From Eledone cirrhosa (taxonomy: Eukaryota): DNA of 64,000 nt. A program made the translations under genes and the position numbers. This document shows positions 25,216 to 39,172 of the stretch, one piece after another. Under the pieces are notes generated by a model. The model worked only from the letters and a program-made list of their open reading frames with translations, was not told the DNA's origin and did not search any database. The stretch covers positions 9,486,001 through 9,550,000 of the forward strand of contig OZ024760.1 of NCBI GenBank assembly GCA_964016885.1, read 5' to 3'. Each line of letters opens with the position of its first letter. Position 1 is the first letter of the stretch.

Positions 25216-25371
25216 ATGGAGGAAATGTGGTAAGGAACCAGGTGAACCATAACGCACCAAAGTACTCAATACTTAGGGTAGTAGAGTGGGTAATAGGAAC
25301 GAGTAAGACCCCGACGGCTGAGCACAAGCCGTCGAAACGGCTTGAGCTCAGCCGTCGGGGTCTTACTCGTT

Positions 25372-25413
<42 letters not shown>

Positions 25414-26361
25414 AATACACACATATACATAAATACACATACATGCATACACACACATATATATATATACACACACATACATACAAACATACATACACAC
25501 ATACACATATACATACAGAAAGAACATGACTAGTTAGGAAATTACAAGTACAGTCCATTCATGGAACAGTAAAAATATGTAAAACATTCCAAAAATTCTG
25601 CATCTAATAACTGCATATACACATGTACAGATACAAAGCATATGTACATACATACGTACATACATACATGGTGGCTGCCAACTCGTTTTCAAGTACGGCC
25701 ACTACTTTATATCCATGTAGGAGAACCCCTACCGATGCGCTGAACGAGTGTGACTTTTTAGTCCAGCCAGCGACTTGAAAACTCTGGTACAAACACTACA
25801 CTTGTGACAATTATTGACACATAGTGCTGGGCCCATAGTACCCTGTGACGACAAGTGCAGAGAGATCTCCAGATATAAAGCAATGCCTGTGCCGTGAAGC
25901 TTTTATAGTGAGCAAAGGCACTGCACAAAGCCAGTCCCACTCTCTTAACCAAGATGATATGTACCAAAAAGAAGAACAAGTCAACATCATTGGATACCAT
26001 CAGGGTTTCAGGTGTTATATCAGAGTTTTCCTTCTCCTAGAATTCTGCCTTGACAAAGGCTAAGGGGTCATCTCTCCCGGTGATTTATATACATACATAC
26101 ATACATACATACATACATACATACATACATACATACATGCATACAGACATGATGGCTGCCCCCTCGTTATCGAGTATGACCATTGCACGATATAACATTA
26201 TCAATAATTATCAACTAATGTTATCGTGCAATGCTTGTGTGCGAAGATCTTTTTTAAAGTGAGGAAAGACTGCACAGAGCCAATCCCACTCATACATAAA
26301 TATATATATAGATACATATTCTTTCATCTTCTCTGCCATAGCATCAAGATATGTCAACAAT

Positions 26362-26393
<32 letters not shown>

Positions 26394-26503
26394 TAGTAAC
26401 TACAGCAACAGCAGCAGCAACAACAACTACTAGTAGTAGTGGTGGTGGTGGTGGGGGTGATTGATTGTAATAGTAGTAATAGTAGTAGTAGTAGTAGTAG
26501 TAG

Positions 26504-26534
<31 letters not shown>

Positions 26535-26739
26535 GGTTGTGGTAGTAGTAGCAGTAGCAGCAGTTTATCCACTTCAGTGTATTACTGGTATTTTATTTTA
26601 TCGATCTCGTAAGGCCGACATCAGCAGAATTTGAACTCAGAACATAAGGGGCCAGAATTCTATGCTGTAAAGCATATTGTCTACTGGTACTGCCATTATC
26701 ATCATTTAAAGTCCACTTTTCCACACTGGCATAATAATG

Positions 26740-27160
26740 CTTTCTTTATTAACCACAAGGGTTTACATAAAGTAGACATTAAGGACAGTACAGGACAATA
26801 CAGGACAGTACAAATGGGCATTTCTGCGTGTAAAAAAAACAGAGGATGTAATAAAAATAACAATGAAAAATTCCCCAATAGGGGGGAGACTTCCGATGGA
26901 CATTTGTGGAGAAAGCCCATTAAAAGGCCACAGTGACCCTGACCACCAGGGCAAGTGCCCTCTCCCAGTTTTCCACCTTTAATTTACAGACACATACTCA
27001 GAGTAGGCCCATTCACTCGGGCCATACTTGCTTCTCTCACCCATCTTTCAACAAAATGCTGTGAAGAGAGCACTTCTCTCTCTACCCTGATTTTCCTTTT
27101 CAAATGAAAAGGAAAATCAGGGTAGAGAGGGAAGTGCTCTCTTCCCAGCATTTTGTTGAA
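26740..27160 (-). mobile_element. Tx1/L1-like LINE 3' end with a fold-back inverted duplication at its 5' truncation
   Basis: Minus strand FHLKRKIRVEREVLSSQHFVERW, AATAAAGAAA end, palindrome 27047-27160. Confidence 0.6.
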
Positions 27161-27355
27161 TAATAATAATAATTGTTTCTACTTTAGGCACAAGGCCAGC
27201 AATTACCCAATGCATTACTGGTACTTTATTTTATCGACCCCGTAAGGATGAAAGGCAAAGTCAACCTCGGCGGGATTTGAAATCAGATCGTAAAGGGACG
27301 TAACTATGCTCGAAAGCATGTCTGACCCTCTACCTATACTGCCAATCCACCGCCC

Positions 27356-27393
<38 letters not shown>

Positions 27394-27499
27394 TTTCTAC
27401 TATGGACACAAGGCCAGTAATTTGGAGGAGATAAAGTCGATTAAATCAACCCCAGTTCATTACTGGTGCTTTATTTTATCGACCCCATAAGGATGAAAG

Positions 27500-28306
27500 G
27501 CTACAGTCAAAAAGGAATGCTATGTGGAGGGCCTGAAAGACTTCAAAAAGGAGCTACAGACCAAGTACCTATCTCTAATGAATAAGTTCTGGTTCCAGCA
27601 AGATGGAGTAAACCCTTACACCTTCAATGAGCCACAAGAATGGCTAAGAAATAACTTTGGAAATCATGTGGTCAGTTTAATGACTGATTTTGAGTAGGCT
27701 CCACGCAGCCTCGATTTAGGCTCCGACCCCCCACCCAAGATTCCTTTCTTTGGTGCTACCTGAAGGATAGAGTATATGTCAACAAACCCAAGACTATCAC
27801 TGATCATCATCATCATCATCATCATCATAATTTTACGTCCGCTTTTCCCTGCTTGCAAGGGTGGGACGGGTCTTATTCAGCACAGCATCTCTCCACTCGT
27901 CACGGTCCCTCGTCATCTCCACCGTGAGCTTCAATGATCTGAGGTCTGTTCTCACCACCTCCGCCCATGTTTTTCGTGGTCTACCTCTACCACGTCTTCC
28001 TTCAACTGGCATTTCCTGGCACTTCTTCACCCATCGGTCAAAGGAAAACATCATGGTGGCGATCAAAGCCATCCCTAGGTCTGTTTGTAATGACATTGTA
28101 CTAAACTTCAACATGAGTATCAAACAACGCCTGGATTCAAATGGGGATGACTTGGAACATGGGCTGTAACTCTGGATATAAAAAGCAGAAGATAGTGAAT
28201 CTTTGATATGTTCTTTATAAGGGTTTCCACTAAATATATTCAGAGTTTCATCAGTTTTTAACAAAACATGAATAACATAGACAAAAATAAAATTGGGGCC
28301 AGTGAT
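27500..28306 (+). pseudogene. Tc1/mariner transposase C-terminal relic interrupted by an RTE fragment (27803-28038)
   Basis: WFQQDG...*APRSLDL...FLWCYLKDRVYVNKPKTI / KENI..AIKAIP...NF...LDSNGDDLEH. Confidence 0.8.
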
Positions 28307-28529
28307 ATGTATAAATAATTGTTTCCACTTTTGGCACAAGGCCAGCAAATACCCCACTGCATTACCGGTACTTTATTTTATTGACCCTGTAAGGATGAAA
28401 GGCAAAGTTTACCTTGGCGGGATTTCAACTCAGAACGTAAAGGGCCTTAACTCTCTGCTGCAAAGCATGGTTTTCTGACGCTCGACCGATACTGCCAGAT
28501 GATTAGCTATTATTATGGGAAAAAAAAAA

Positions 28530-29092
28530 GGGCGGTGGATTGGCAGTATTGGTAGAAGGTCGGACGCCATGCTTTCCAGCATAGTTACGTCCCTTTACGA
28601 TCTGAGTTCAAATCCCGCCAAGGTTAACTTTGCCTTTCATCCTTACGGGGTGGATAAAATAAAGTACCAGTAATGCACTGGGTAATTGCTGGCCTTGTGC
28701 CTAAAGTAGAAACAATTATTATTATTTAATTGTGGGTGGTGGATTGGCAGTATCGGTAGAGGGTCGGATGCCATGCTTTGAAGCATAGAGTTATGTCCCT
28801 TTATGATCTGAGTTCAAATCCCGCCGAGGTTAACTTTGCCTTTCATCCTTGCGAGGTCGATGAAATAAAGTACCAGTAATGTACTGGGTAATTGCTGGAG
28901 GGCGGTGGATTGGCAGTATCGGTAGAGAGTCGGACGTCATGCTTTCCAGCATAGTTACGTCCCTTTATGGTCTGAGTTCAAATCCCGCCGAGGTTGACTT
29001 TGCCTTTCATCCTTACGGGGGTCGATAAAATATAGTACCAGTAATGCACTGGGGGTATTTGCTGGCCTTGTGCCTAAAGTAGAAACAATTAT
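28530..29092 (+). mobile_element. Three tandem tRNA-SINE copies with Meta-like core (family also 13606-13838, 18968-19195, 26570-26690, 27170-27356, 27390-27500, 28315-28500, 36700-36900, 60638-60823)
   Basis: TGGCAGTATCGG A box, GAGTTCAAATCC B box, GCCTTTCATCCTTACGGGGTCGATAAAATAAAGTACCAG core, (ATT)n tail. Confidence 0.88.
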
Positions 29093-29841
29093 GGAAAAAA
29101 AAAACCATGCCAGGATGGAATTTATGAGCAAGACATTTGTCTGAGATGCTTGTCTTATCTTGAGTGTGGGTAACCCAACTAACCCAGGCAAGCATGGAAA
29201 CATGTGTGTGTGTGAGTGTGTGTGCGTGTGTATGTGTGTGTGCATGTGTGAGTGAGTGTGTGCGTGCGTGTGTGTGAGTGCATGTGTGTGTTTGCGTGTG
29301 CGTGTACACGTGAGTGTGTGTGTGTGCTCGAGCATGTGTGTGCAAGTGTGTGTGTGCGTGTGTGTATGTGTGTGAGTGTGTGTGTATGTGTGTGAGTGTG
29401 TGTGTATGCGTGTGCGTGTATGTGTGTATGAGTGAGTGAGTGAGTGTGTATGCGTGAGTGTGTGCGTGCGTGTGTGAGTGAGTGTGTGCATGCATGCATG
29501 TGTGTGTATGTGTATGTGTATGTGTGTGCGTGTGTATGTGTTTGTGTATGTGTGAGTGTGTGCGTATGTGTGCGTGTGTGTGTATGTGTGTGTGTGTGTG
29601 AGTGTATGTGTGTGTGTGCATGCATTTATGTGTGTGTGTGTGTGTGTGTGTGTGTCTATACATATATAGTCTTAAAGCCAATTTGGAGGAAAAAAGCAAA
29701 TTTACATATTTCATGTCTTTTCTTTGTGAAATAAAACTAAGAATTGTTTCAATAGAACAACACCCATGCATATACATGCAAGCTTACCATATTTTATATA
29801 TATATATACATATATATATACATATGTGCATATACATATAC

Positions 29842-29918
<77 letters not shown>

Positions 29919-29984
29919 TATATATATATATATATACACACATATATGCATATATGTATAAATATATACATGTGTATATATATT

Positions 29985-30017
<33 letters not shown>

Positions 30018-30053
30018 GTATATAATTATATACATATATATATACATATGTGC

Positions 30054-30111
<58 letters not shown>

Positions 30112-30185
30112 ATACACACATATATATAATTATATATATATATATACACACATATATGCATATATGTATAATTATATACATGTAT

Positions 30186-30222
<37 letters not shown>

Positions 30223-30263
30223 TTACACATATGTATATAATTATATACATATATATATACATA

Positions 30264-30324
<61 letters not shown>

Positions 30325-30497
30325 GCAAGATACAGAGAAGGACGATGTACAGAGAACACTGGAGCTTGAAGACGAAGAAGAAGTGATATTGAAGAGATGA
30401 ACAAGCTAATAAAGAGGAATCACAACAACAATAGCTTCTGTCCCCAGCCACCCTCTATAGTATTGATGTGGCTTTTCCTCTTCGACAGGTTACTTAC

Positions 30498-30611
30498 AAG
30501 TCAACACTAATAGAACGCTGCCGCTGGTTACCATTACCGGCATCAGTACGCTCCTTTTGACTGAATCTGCGCGACAAGCGGCAAAAACTACTACTACTGC
30601 TGCTTTGGAAC
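30498..30611 (-). CDS. Host-gene exon (FQSSSSSSFCRLSRRFSQKERTDAGNGNQRQRSISVD), phase 2-2
   Basis: tattcttacag| acceptor, TT|gtaagt donor, 114 nt open frame. Confidence 0.75.
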
Positions 30612-30707
30612 CTGTAAGAATAAAGTTGGTGCAATGATTGTTGTGAAGGGGGAAAATGGTAGACAAAGATATTGGAAACAACAATCAAAAGAACAAAACA
30701 AACAACC

Positions 30708-30751
<44 letters not shown>

Positions 30752-30789
30752 ATACACACACACACATATATATATGTGTGTGTGTATGA

Positions 30790-31075
30790 ACATCACATCA
30801 TTCAGACATCAAGGAATGAGAATGGACACGGCACTGGCAAATCGTGTATGGGACCAGAAAGAAAAAAAGGATCCCATACCAAATTAAATGGAGTATTCTG
30901 GATAAATCACACCCTTACAGGAAAGGAACAAAGAGGTATCCACTTCGCTTAAGTCAAAAATTTAGAATACTGCAGGGCCTGAAATTTTCTGATAAATACT
31001 AAATACTAAAAACGAATTCTTCAGAGTATGTCCCCATATTATATCTCACATCCTTTCAGCATAGAAGAATACAAG
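30790..31075 (+). pseudogene. Penelope-like element endonuclease (GIY-YIG) C-terminal relic
   Basis: TSFRHQ...DTALANRVWDQKEK/IPYQIKWSILDKSHPY...PLRLSQKFRI...NEFFRVCPH matches the PLE pattern SFR..T.L...W.LK...I.WSI....PY...C.LCL.EK. Confidence 0.65.
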
Positions 31076-31852
31076 CTTAAACACACAAAATACCATTATC
31101 TTACAACTGCCTTAGACCACAAACTGGTCTTATATATATATATATATATATACACATCAAACTACACCCAAATACAATTAACCACAATAAGCTACATAAA
31201 TAATATACACATAAATAATTCATTCACCATTAACAAATCACACACTACACCCCCACCTATATATAGATTAAATACAAATTGTATATACATATCTGTTTGC
31301 ACACACAAATACATACACATATAGACAATATTGACACTTTAACAATTACAATTAAATTTAAAAATGTATATATATGTATGTGTGTATGTATTATATGTAT
31401 ACACACACATACACTCATTCACACACACATACATAAATATATATGTATAACTTGCAAACATACGAGTTGCTTCCTCTATATAATAAAAATAACAAATATA
31501 TTATCACATTATTACCCCCTTATATTTGATGAGATATCATATATGAAATAACGTTCGGCCATTTTGATTTTGGATGAAGATGATTAAACTAGTAGATATA
31601 GAATGTCTATAGAATGTCTATAGAATGTCTATAGAATGTCTATAGAATGTCTATGTTAGTTGGAATTAGAAGCCTTAGGCAGCGTGCATTTGTGTTGAGA
31701 ACTTATTTCATCGTCATCGATTAACGTCTATCTTCCACGCTAGCATGGGTTTAGACGGGAATTGTCCCACTTGAGGCAAGATTGGTCGGGAGACCATGTC
31801 TCGCTCGTATAGGACTGTCTGGCAGGTTCCCTATATATATATGTATATATAA

Positions 31853-32456
31853 ACGAATTTAGAGAGAGACTAAGCATAAGAGGTATCAAATGTTGTGTTC
31901 TGGAGAGGAGATTGCGTTGGTATGGACATGAGATGCATATGATGGACGACAGCTGTATAAAAAAAAGTGCAGGACAATGAAAATTGATGGAAGCTACGGA
32001 TTGGGTAGACCAAGAAAAACCTGGGACAAGGTGATAAAAACTGACCTTGCTCACTTACAATGTCACTGGATCGAGATCTTTGGCGCCATGCAGTTGTACA
32101 GAAGATCCAAGATCTGACTGCCATTGCATACAAACCTACAGTCAGTAGGCACCTCTTAACCCAATGTACACCCCACCCACACTCACTACCCCATCCTTCC
32201 TTTTCTGTTCCATCCACAACAGTCCACACTGTAAGGTGGCCGTGTAGGAGACACGGTAAAAAGGCTCCCAGTTCACACTGTAAATGTAGTTGCTCTTAGG
32301 AAGGGCATCCAGCTGTAAAAAACCCTGCTAGAGACACTTCCAAATGTGCGAGACACAGTCTCCCGACCATTCCCGATTCAAATCGAACAAAACCGTCTAA
32401 CCCCTGCTAGCGTGGAAGATGGACGTTAAATGATGAGGATGATGATGATGATAATG
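31853..32456 (+). mobile_element. RTE LINE 3' fragment
   Basis: ERRLRWYGHE...RPRKTW remnants, 3'UTR and GAT tail. Confidence 0.85.
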
Positions 32457-33121
32457 ATATATATATATATATATTTATATATCTGTATATATATATATAT
32501 ATATAACATCACATATATATATATATGTATATGTGTGTGTGTATATATATTATAGATAAACATTAATGTGCCAAATTCTTACTCAGCCATTTGCATACAC
32601 ACACCTACATGAAAATGTGACAATATACATATGCATTTACGTATTGTATATTTAACAATAGGCCTTCAAATGTTTGAAAATAAAGATACCGTATATCATT
32701 TCATCATCATTTCATTTTACGGCGCTTTTCCCTGCTTGCAAGGGTGGGACGGGAACTGATGCTGGCTTGATTTCTACAGCTGGATGCCCTTCCTAACACC
32801 AACCTCATTTACAGTGAGTGCTGGGTGCTTTTTTGCCGTGGCACCTCCACGACCACTTTACAGTGGAATGATAGGGGCTGGGGTCCCTATCATCTCATTT
32901 CTACAGCTGAGTAAACTGGAGCAATGTGAAATAAAGTGTCTTGCTCAAGGAACAACACATCACCCGGTCTGAGAATTAAACTCACAACCTTTCGATTGCA
33001 AGGCCAATGCTCTAACCACTAAGCCATGTGCCTCCATTCATCATCATCATCATCATCATCATTTTACGTCCACTTTTCCTTGCTTGCAAGGGTGGGACGG
33101 GAACTGATATATATATATATA

Positions 33122-33290
33122 TTCTTTTTCCTATATTTTTACTTACTTCCAATACTTTCAAATATACAAGGAAAAAGATAAAAGAAAACGCACCTCTTTT
33201 ATATATATATATAAAAAGGTGCATTTTCTTTTATCTTTTTCCTTGTATATTTGAAAGTATTGGAAGTAAGTAAAAATATAGGAAAAAGAA
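33122..33290. repeat. Long palindrome centred on a short (TA)n
   Basis: ~78-bp near-perfect inverted arms. Confidence 0.85.
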
Positions 33291-33559
33291 GTTGAAAATA
33301 CGAGTTACATGTTGGTATCACAACACAACCCTCTTAACTTTTGAGAATCATGAAACTTGTGAAACTGGGAATGTTATAAATTATTGTAAAGAAAGCTTGT
33401 TGCAGTCACAAAAGATAATAGAGGCTAAAATTTTGTTTTTCTCAATGTATGACACCTCAATGACAAAGTGTCTTCCTTATAAGGAAATGAATAAAAAATA
33501 ATCACAACATTTAGAAAAAGTCACAAACACCACATCACCCCCCCCCCCTAAATGTTACT

Positions 33560-34548
33560 TAAATAAAGACAGATAGAAAGAAGAACAAGACAAGGAGACA
33601 ACATTTCCCTGAAAAGGTTTCCATATTGTTTACAAGACGCCATCATCAAGAAAGTTAACTGGGAGAACAAGGGTATCAACAGAGATGGTGAACTCCCATG
33701 CCACCAAGACTTCACAGATGACATCATCCTAACACCCCGTACACCACAAGAATTGGAGGAGATGCTCAATGTTATCCACACTGTGAGCCAACCAGTAGGC
33801 CTTAGCATCCATCTTGGGAAAACCAAGGTCATGTTTAACAGCTACGCTGTTATTTTAGCTGGAAGGACCATCGAGGAAGTAGACAGCCATGTGTACCGTG
33901 GAAAGACCATCGAGGAAGTAGACAGTTATGTGTACCGTGGAAAGACCATCGAGGAAGTAGACAGCTATGTGTACCGTGGAAAGACCATCGAGGAAGTAGA
34001 CAGCTATGTGTACCGTGGAAAGACCATCGAGGAAGTAGACAGCTATGTGTACCGTGGAAAGACCATCGAGGAAGTAGAGAGTTATGTGTACCGTGGAAAG
34101 ACCATCGAGGAAGTAGAAAGTTATGTGTACCATGGAAAGACCATCGAGGAAGTAGACAGTTATGTGTACCTTGGAAAGCAGTTTGCAAGAGATGGTGCTC
34201 TACTCCAGAGGTAAAAAAAAAGATTGTGTTTGACTGGGCAGCTTTTGGAAAAGACATCATTAGAAGTCCCAAGTCAACAATCAAAACCAAAAGAAAGCTG
34301 TTTAAGGAATATGTTCTGCCAGTGATGACATATGGAAATGAGACATGGCCACTCAACATTACAACATCACCATAGCGGACCCTTGCAGTGGCGCAACATA
34401 AAATAGAGCAAATCATACTTGGCACCACCTTATGTGACAGGAAGAACAACACCTGGATTTGACAGCAGACTGGTGTGAAGGACATAATCGAGACCACCAA
34501 GAGAGGTAAATATAGATGGGCTGACTATGTCTCTCTTTTCAGAGACAA
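33560..34548 (+). pseudogene. Decayed RTE-type RT fragment containing a 39-bp tandem expansion (33866-34175, ~8 copies)
   Basis: RQGDNIS...FTDDI...GLSIHLGKTKVM...(TIEEVDSYVYRGK)n...YVLPVMTYG.ETW. Confidence 0.85.
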
Positions 34549-34709
34549 CTACTACTACTACTACTACTACCACCATCACCACTGTTGTTGTTGTTGTTGC
34601 TGTTATTGTCTTGGTTCTGTCTGTTTTCTAGAACAATTAACAAGACTTTCCATTTTTCTAATATTTTACTATAGAAATTTTGCTAATGTATTAGAGAAGA
34701 CCTATATGA

Positions 34710-34725
34710 ACACACATATATATAT

Positions 34726-34812
<87 letters not shown>

Positions 34813-34871
34813 CACACACATATATATACACACATATATATATATACACACACATATATATACACACACAC

Positions 34872-34902
<31 letters not shown>

Positions 34903-34999
34903 TACACACACACATATATATATATATACACACACACACATATATATACACACATATATATATATACACACACATATATATACACACACATATATATAT

Positions 35000-35052
<53 letters not shown>

Positions 35053-35301
35053 CACACACACATATATATACACACATATATATATATACACACACATATA
35101 TATACACACATATATATACACACACACATATACACACACACACATATATATATATATATACACACACATATATATACACACATATATATATATATACACA
35201 CACACATATATATACACACACATATATATATACACACACATATATATACACACACATATATATATATACACACACATATATATACACACACATATATATA
35301 T

Positions 35302-35350
<49 letters not shown>

Positions 35351-35415
35351 CACACACATATATATACACACATATATATATACACACACATATATATACA
35401 CACACATATATATAT

Positions 35416-35466
<51 letters not shown>

Positions 35467-36119
35467 CACACACACATATATATATACACACATATATATA
35501 TATACACACACATATATATACACACACATATATATATATACACACACATATATACACACACACACATATATACACACGTGTATGAACATGAATAATATGA
35601 TATATCAGTTCCCTGATTGAACTCTTTTCATTTTCCCTTTCTCATACCTACGGATGGATATTTTCCACACTTACACACACACACACAGACACACACAGAG
35701 ACACACACAGAGACACACACAGACACACACACAGACACAGACACACACAGACACACACAGACACACAGAGACACAGAGACACACACAGACACACACAGAC
35801 ACATACAGACACACACAGACACACACAGACACACACAGACACACACACACACACAGAGACACAGAGACACACACAGACACACACAGACACACACAGACAT
35901 ACACAGACACACACAGACACAGAGACACACACAGACACACACACAGACACACACAGACACAGAGACACACACAGACACACACACAGACACACACACACAC
36001 ACACAGACACACACAGACACACACACACAGACACACACAGACACACACACACAGACACACACAGGCACACACAGACACACACACAGACACACACACAGAC
36101 ACACACAGACACACACACA

Positions 36120-36154
<35 letters not shown>

Positions 36155-36269
36155 ACACACACAGACACAGAGACACACACAGACACACACACACACACAC
36201 ACAGACACACACAGACACAGAGACACAGACACACACAGAGACACAGAGACACACACAGACACACACACA

Positions 36270-36312
<43 letters not shown>

Positions 36313-36566
36313 ACACAGAGACACAGACACACAGACACACACAGACACACACAGACACACACACACACAGACACATAGACACAGACACACACAGACACAC
36401 AGACACAGATACACAGACACACAGACACACACAGACACACACATACACACACACAGATACACACACACACAGATACAGACACAGACTCACTCACACACAT
36501 ACACACACGCACACACACACACAGGCAGACACACACACACACACGCAGACACACACACATACACAC
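34710..36566. repeat. Long (CA)/(TA) and (CACAGA)-type microsatellite blocks
   Basis: Direct inspection. Confidence 0.95.
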
Positions 36567-39172
36567 TTATTGATGAGATCTTCAGAAGGCCCTGTTACAA
36601 TGAGGCAGAAATATATATATAAAGGGTAAACAATGTCATATTTTATTAGTCATCCTTCACCCTTTATATATATATTAACCCCATTCTACCTACTTTCTGA
36701 GGTGGTGAATTGTCAGGGTTGTTAGAACGTTCACAGTTATACACATAAACACACACATACGTACTCAGAGACACAAACACAAACACACGCACACATACCG
36801 GCTCTCTGATCTCCCTCAGTTCAAATCCCGCCGAGGTCAACTTTGCCTTTCATCAATTCGAGGTCGATAAAAAAAAAGTACCAGTTTAGTACTGGGGGTC
36901 GATTCTTCCTCTACATCTCTTTCTCATTTTGCTCTCTCTCACTCCCCATCTTTCTCTGGAAGAGATCTGCTGTACTCAGGCCTGGAGAAATGGATGGGCT
37001 CCGCCAGGCTTAAAATGGCCAAGAAATGCCATATGTCATTAGGGTACCCCTACGACTCTATCAGGAGTTACGGGATCATACATACATGCTTTTTTAGGTT
37101 CTCATTAATTATTACATATCTTATATATTAACTATACTAATATATATATTTCATTTCATCATTTCATTTCATTTTTACGTCCGCTTTTCCCTGCTTGCAA
37201 GGGTGGGACGGGAACTGATTCTGGCTTGATTTCTACAGCTGGATGCCCTTCCTAACACCAACCTCATTTACAGTGAGTGCTGGGTGCTTTTTTGCCATGG
37301 CACCTCCACAACCACTTTGCAGTGGAATGATATGGACCCCAGTCCCTATCATCTCATTTCTACAGCTGAGTAAACTGGAGCAATGTGAAATAAAGTGTCT
37401 TGCTCAAGGACACAACACATCACCCGGTCTGAGAATTGAACTCACAACCTTTCGATTGCAAGGCCAATGCTCTAACCACAAGCCATTATATATATATATA
37501 CCGTATGAGCAAGACAAGGTCAGCCAACCGGACACTGCCCACAACAGGACAACCCGTCTACCCCATGCTAACATGGAAGAATTGACGTAAAACGGTGATG
37601 ACGATGATATACATCATCATCATCAACATCATTGTTTAACTTCCATTTTCCATGCTGGCATGGGTTAGACGGGTTGTCTCATTTAAAGCATGTTGGGTCA
37701 GGTGACCGTGTCTTTACTCACACAGAACTGTTTCTGACTAGGTTTTCTACGGCTGACTGCCCTTCCTATTGTCAACCACATTTGCAGTGTGGGCTGGGTT
37801 CTTTTTTTTCGTGACACCTACATGACCACTTTACAGTGCGGACTGGATATGTTTTGTGCACAGTGTAACGGGGTGGGGTGAACATGAGTGGGTGGGTGAG
37901 GGTATAGTGGTTTAGGAGGTGCCCACTAGGTGTATGTGTGCATGGGAAGGCGTATCTTCTGTATATATATATAAATTAAATTAAAGGTCGATTGACACAT
38001 ATATAAACGAACTAAGGGAGAAATTAGAAATAAGAGGGATCAGATGTTGCTTACTCGAGAGAAGGCTACGTTGGTATGGTCACGTGATGCGCATGAAAGA
38101 CGACAGCTGTATAAAAAAGTGCAGGGCAATAAAAATAGACGGTAGTCACGGAGTAGGCAGACCCAGAAAAACCTGGGATGACTTGATAAATTCCGACCTC
38201 ACACACTTACACCTCTCCAAGACAATGTCACTGGACCGAGATCTTTGGCGCTACACAGTAATAGAGAAGACCCGCCTTACCTAAATACAAAGTAAAACCT
38301 ACTCCAGCCAGTAGGCACCTCTAACAAAAATACACCCCCGTCCCACTACCCCCACCCCATCCACACCACCCCTTTCAATGTAAAGTTATGTTGGTACCAC
38401 AACATCCAGTCTGAAACAAATGAGGTCATGTAGGTGTCACGACAAAAAAACACACACAGTCCACGCTGTAATGTGGCCGTGTAGGTAACACGGTAAAAAC
38501 CTCCCAGTTCCACACTGTAAATGTGGGTGGTGTTAGGAAGGGCATCCAGCCATAGAAAACCCGCCAGACAGTCCTATGCGAGCAAGACAACCACTCTTGC
38601 CTCAAGTGGGAAAAGTCCCGTCCAAACCCATGCGAGCGTGGAAGATGGACGTTAAACGATGATGATGATGATGATGATAAAATAAACATATCGAACATTG
38701 ACAGGTAATAATTTGTAAAGAGTGTAAAGACACAGTTATGGAGGTAGCATATTAAAACTTAAAGAGAATTTCAAATATAAATACCTCGCAATAATGATTA
38801 TCCATATATAAAATAAATAAATAAATAAATATGTGTGTATGTGTGTGTGTGTGTGAAAGTGTGTGTCTATATATGTATATATAAGCAGAGCACATGAAAT
38901 GAAAGGAAACCCACACAAACTCACATATTTGCTGTCACAAAGGATAATAGAGGCTAAACTGTCTTTCTCAATCTATGTGTCACCTCAATGACAAAGAGTT
39001 CCAAATAAGGAAACAAATGAAAAATAATCACAATAGTTAGAAAAAGTCATGAACACCACAACATCTCAAAGTAATGTTACACACATAAATAAAGGCCACT
39101 TGTTAGTTTTCTACCTCCCGCACAATGTCTCATCTTTTCCCACTTTCTCTTTAATACAAGACAGAAAGCAAA

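Noticed and set aside
28244-28260. Minus-strand CTGATGAAAC
   Set aside because: Overlapping cores with no helices; part of the mariner subterminal region.
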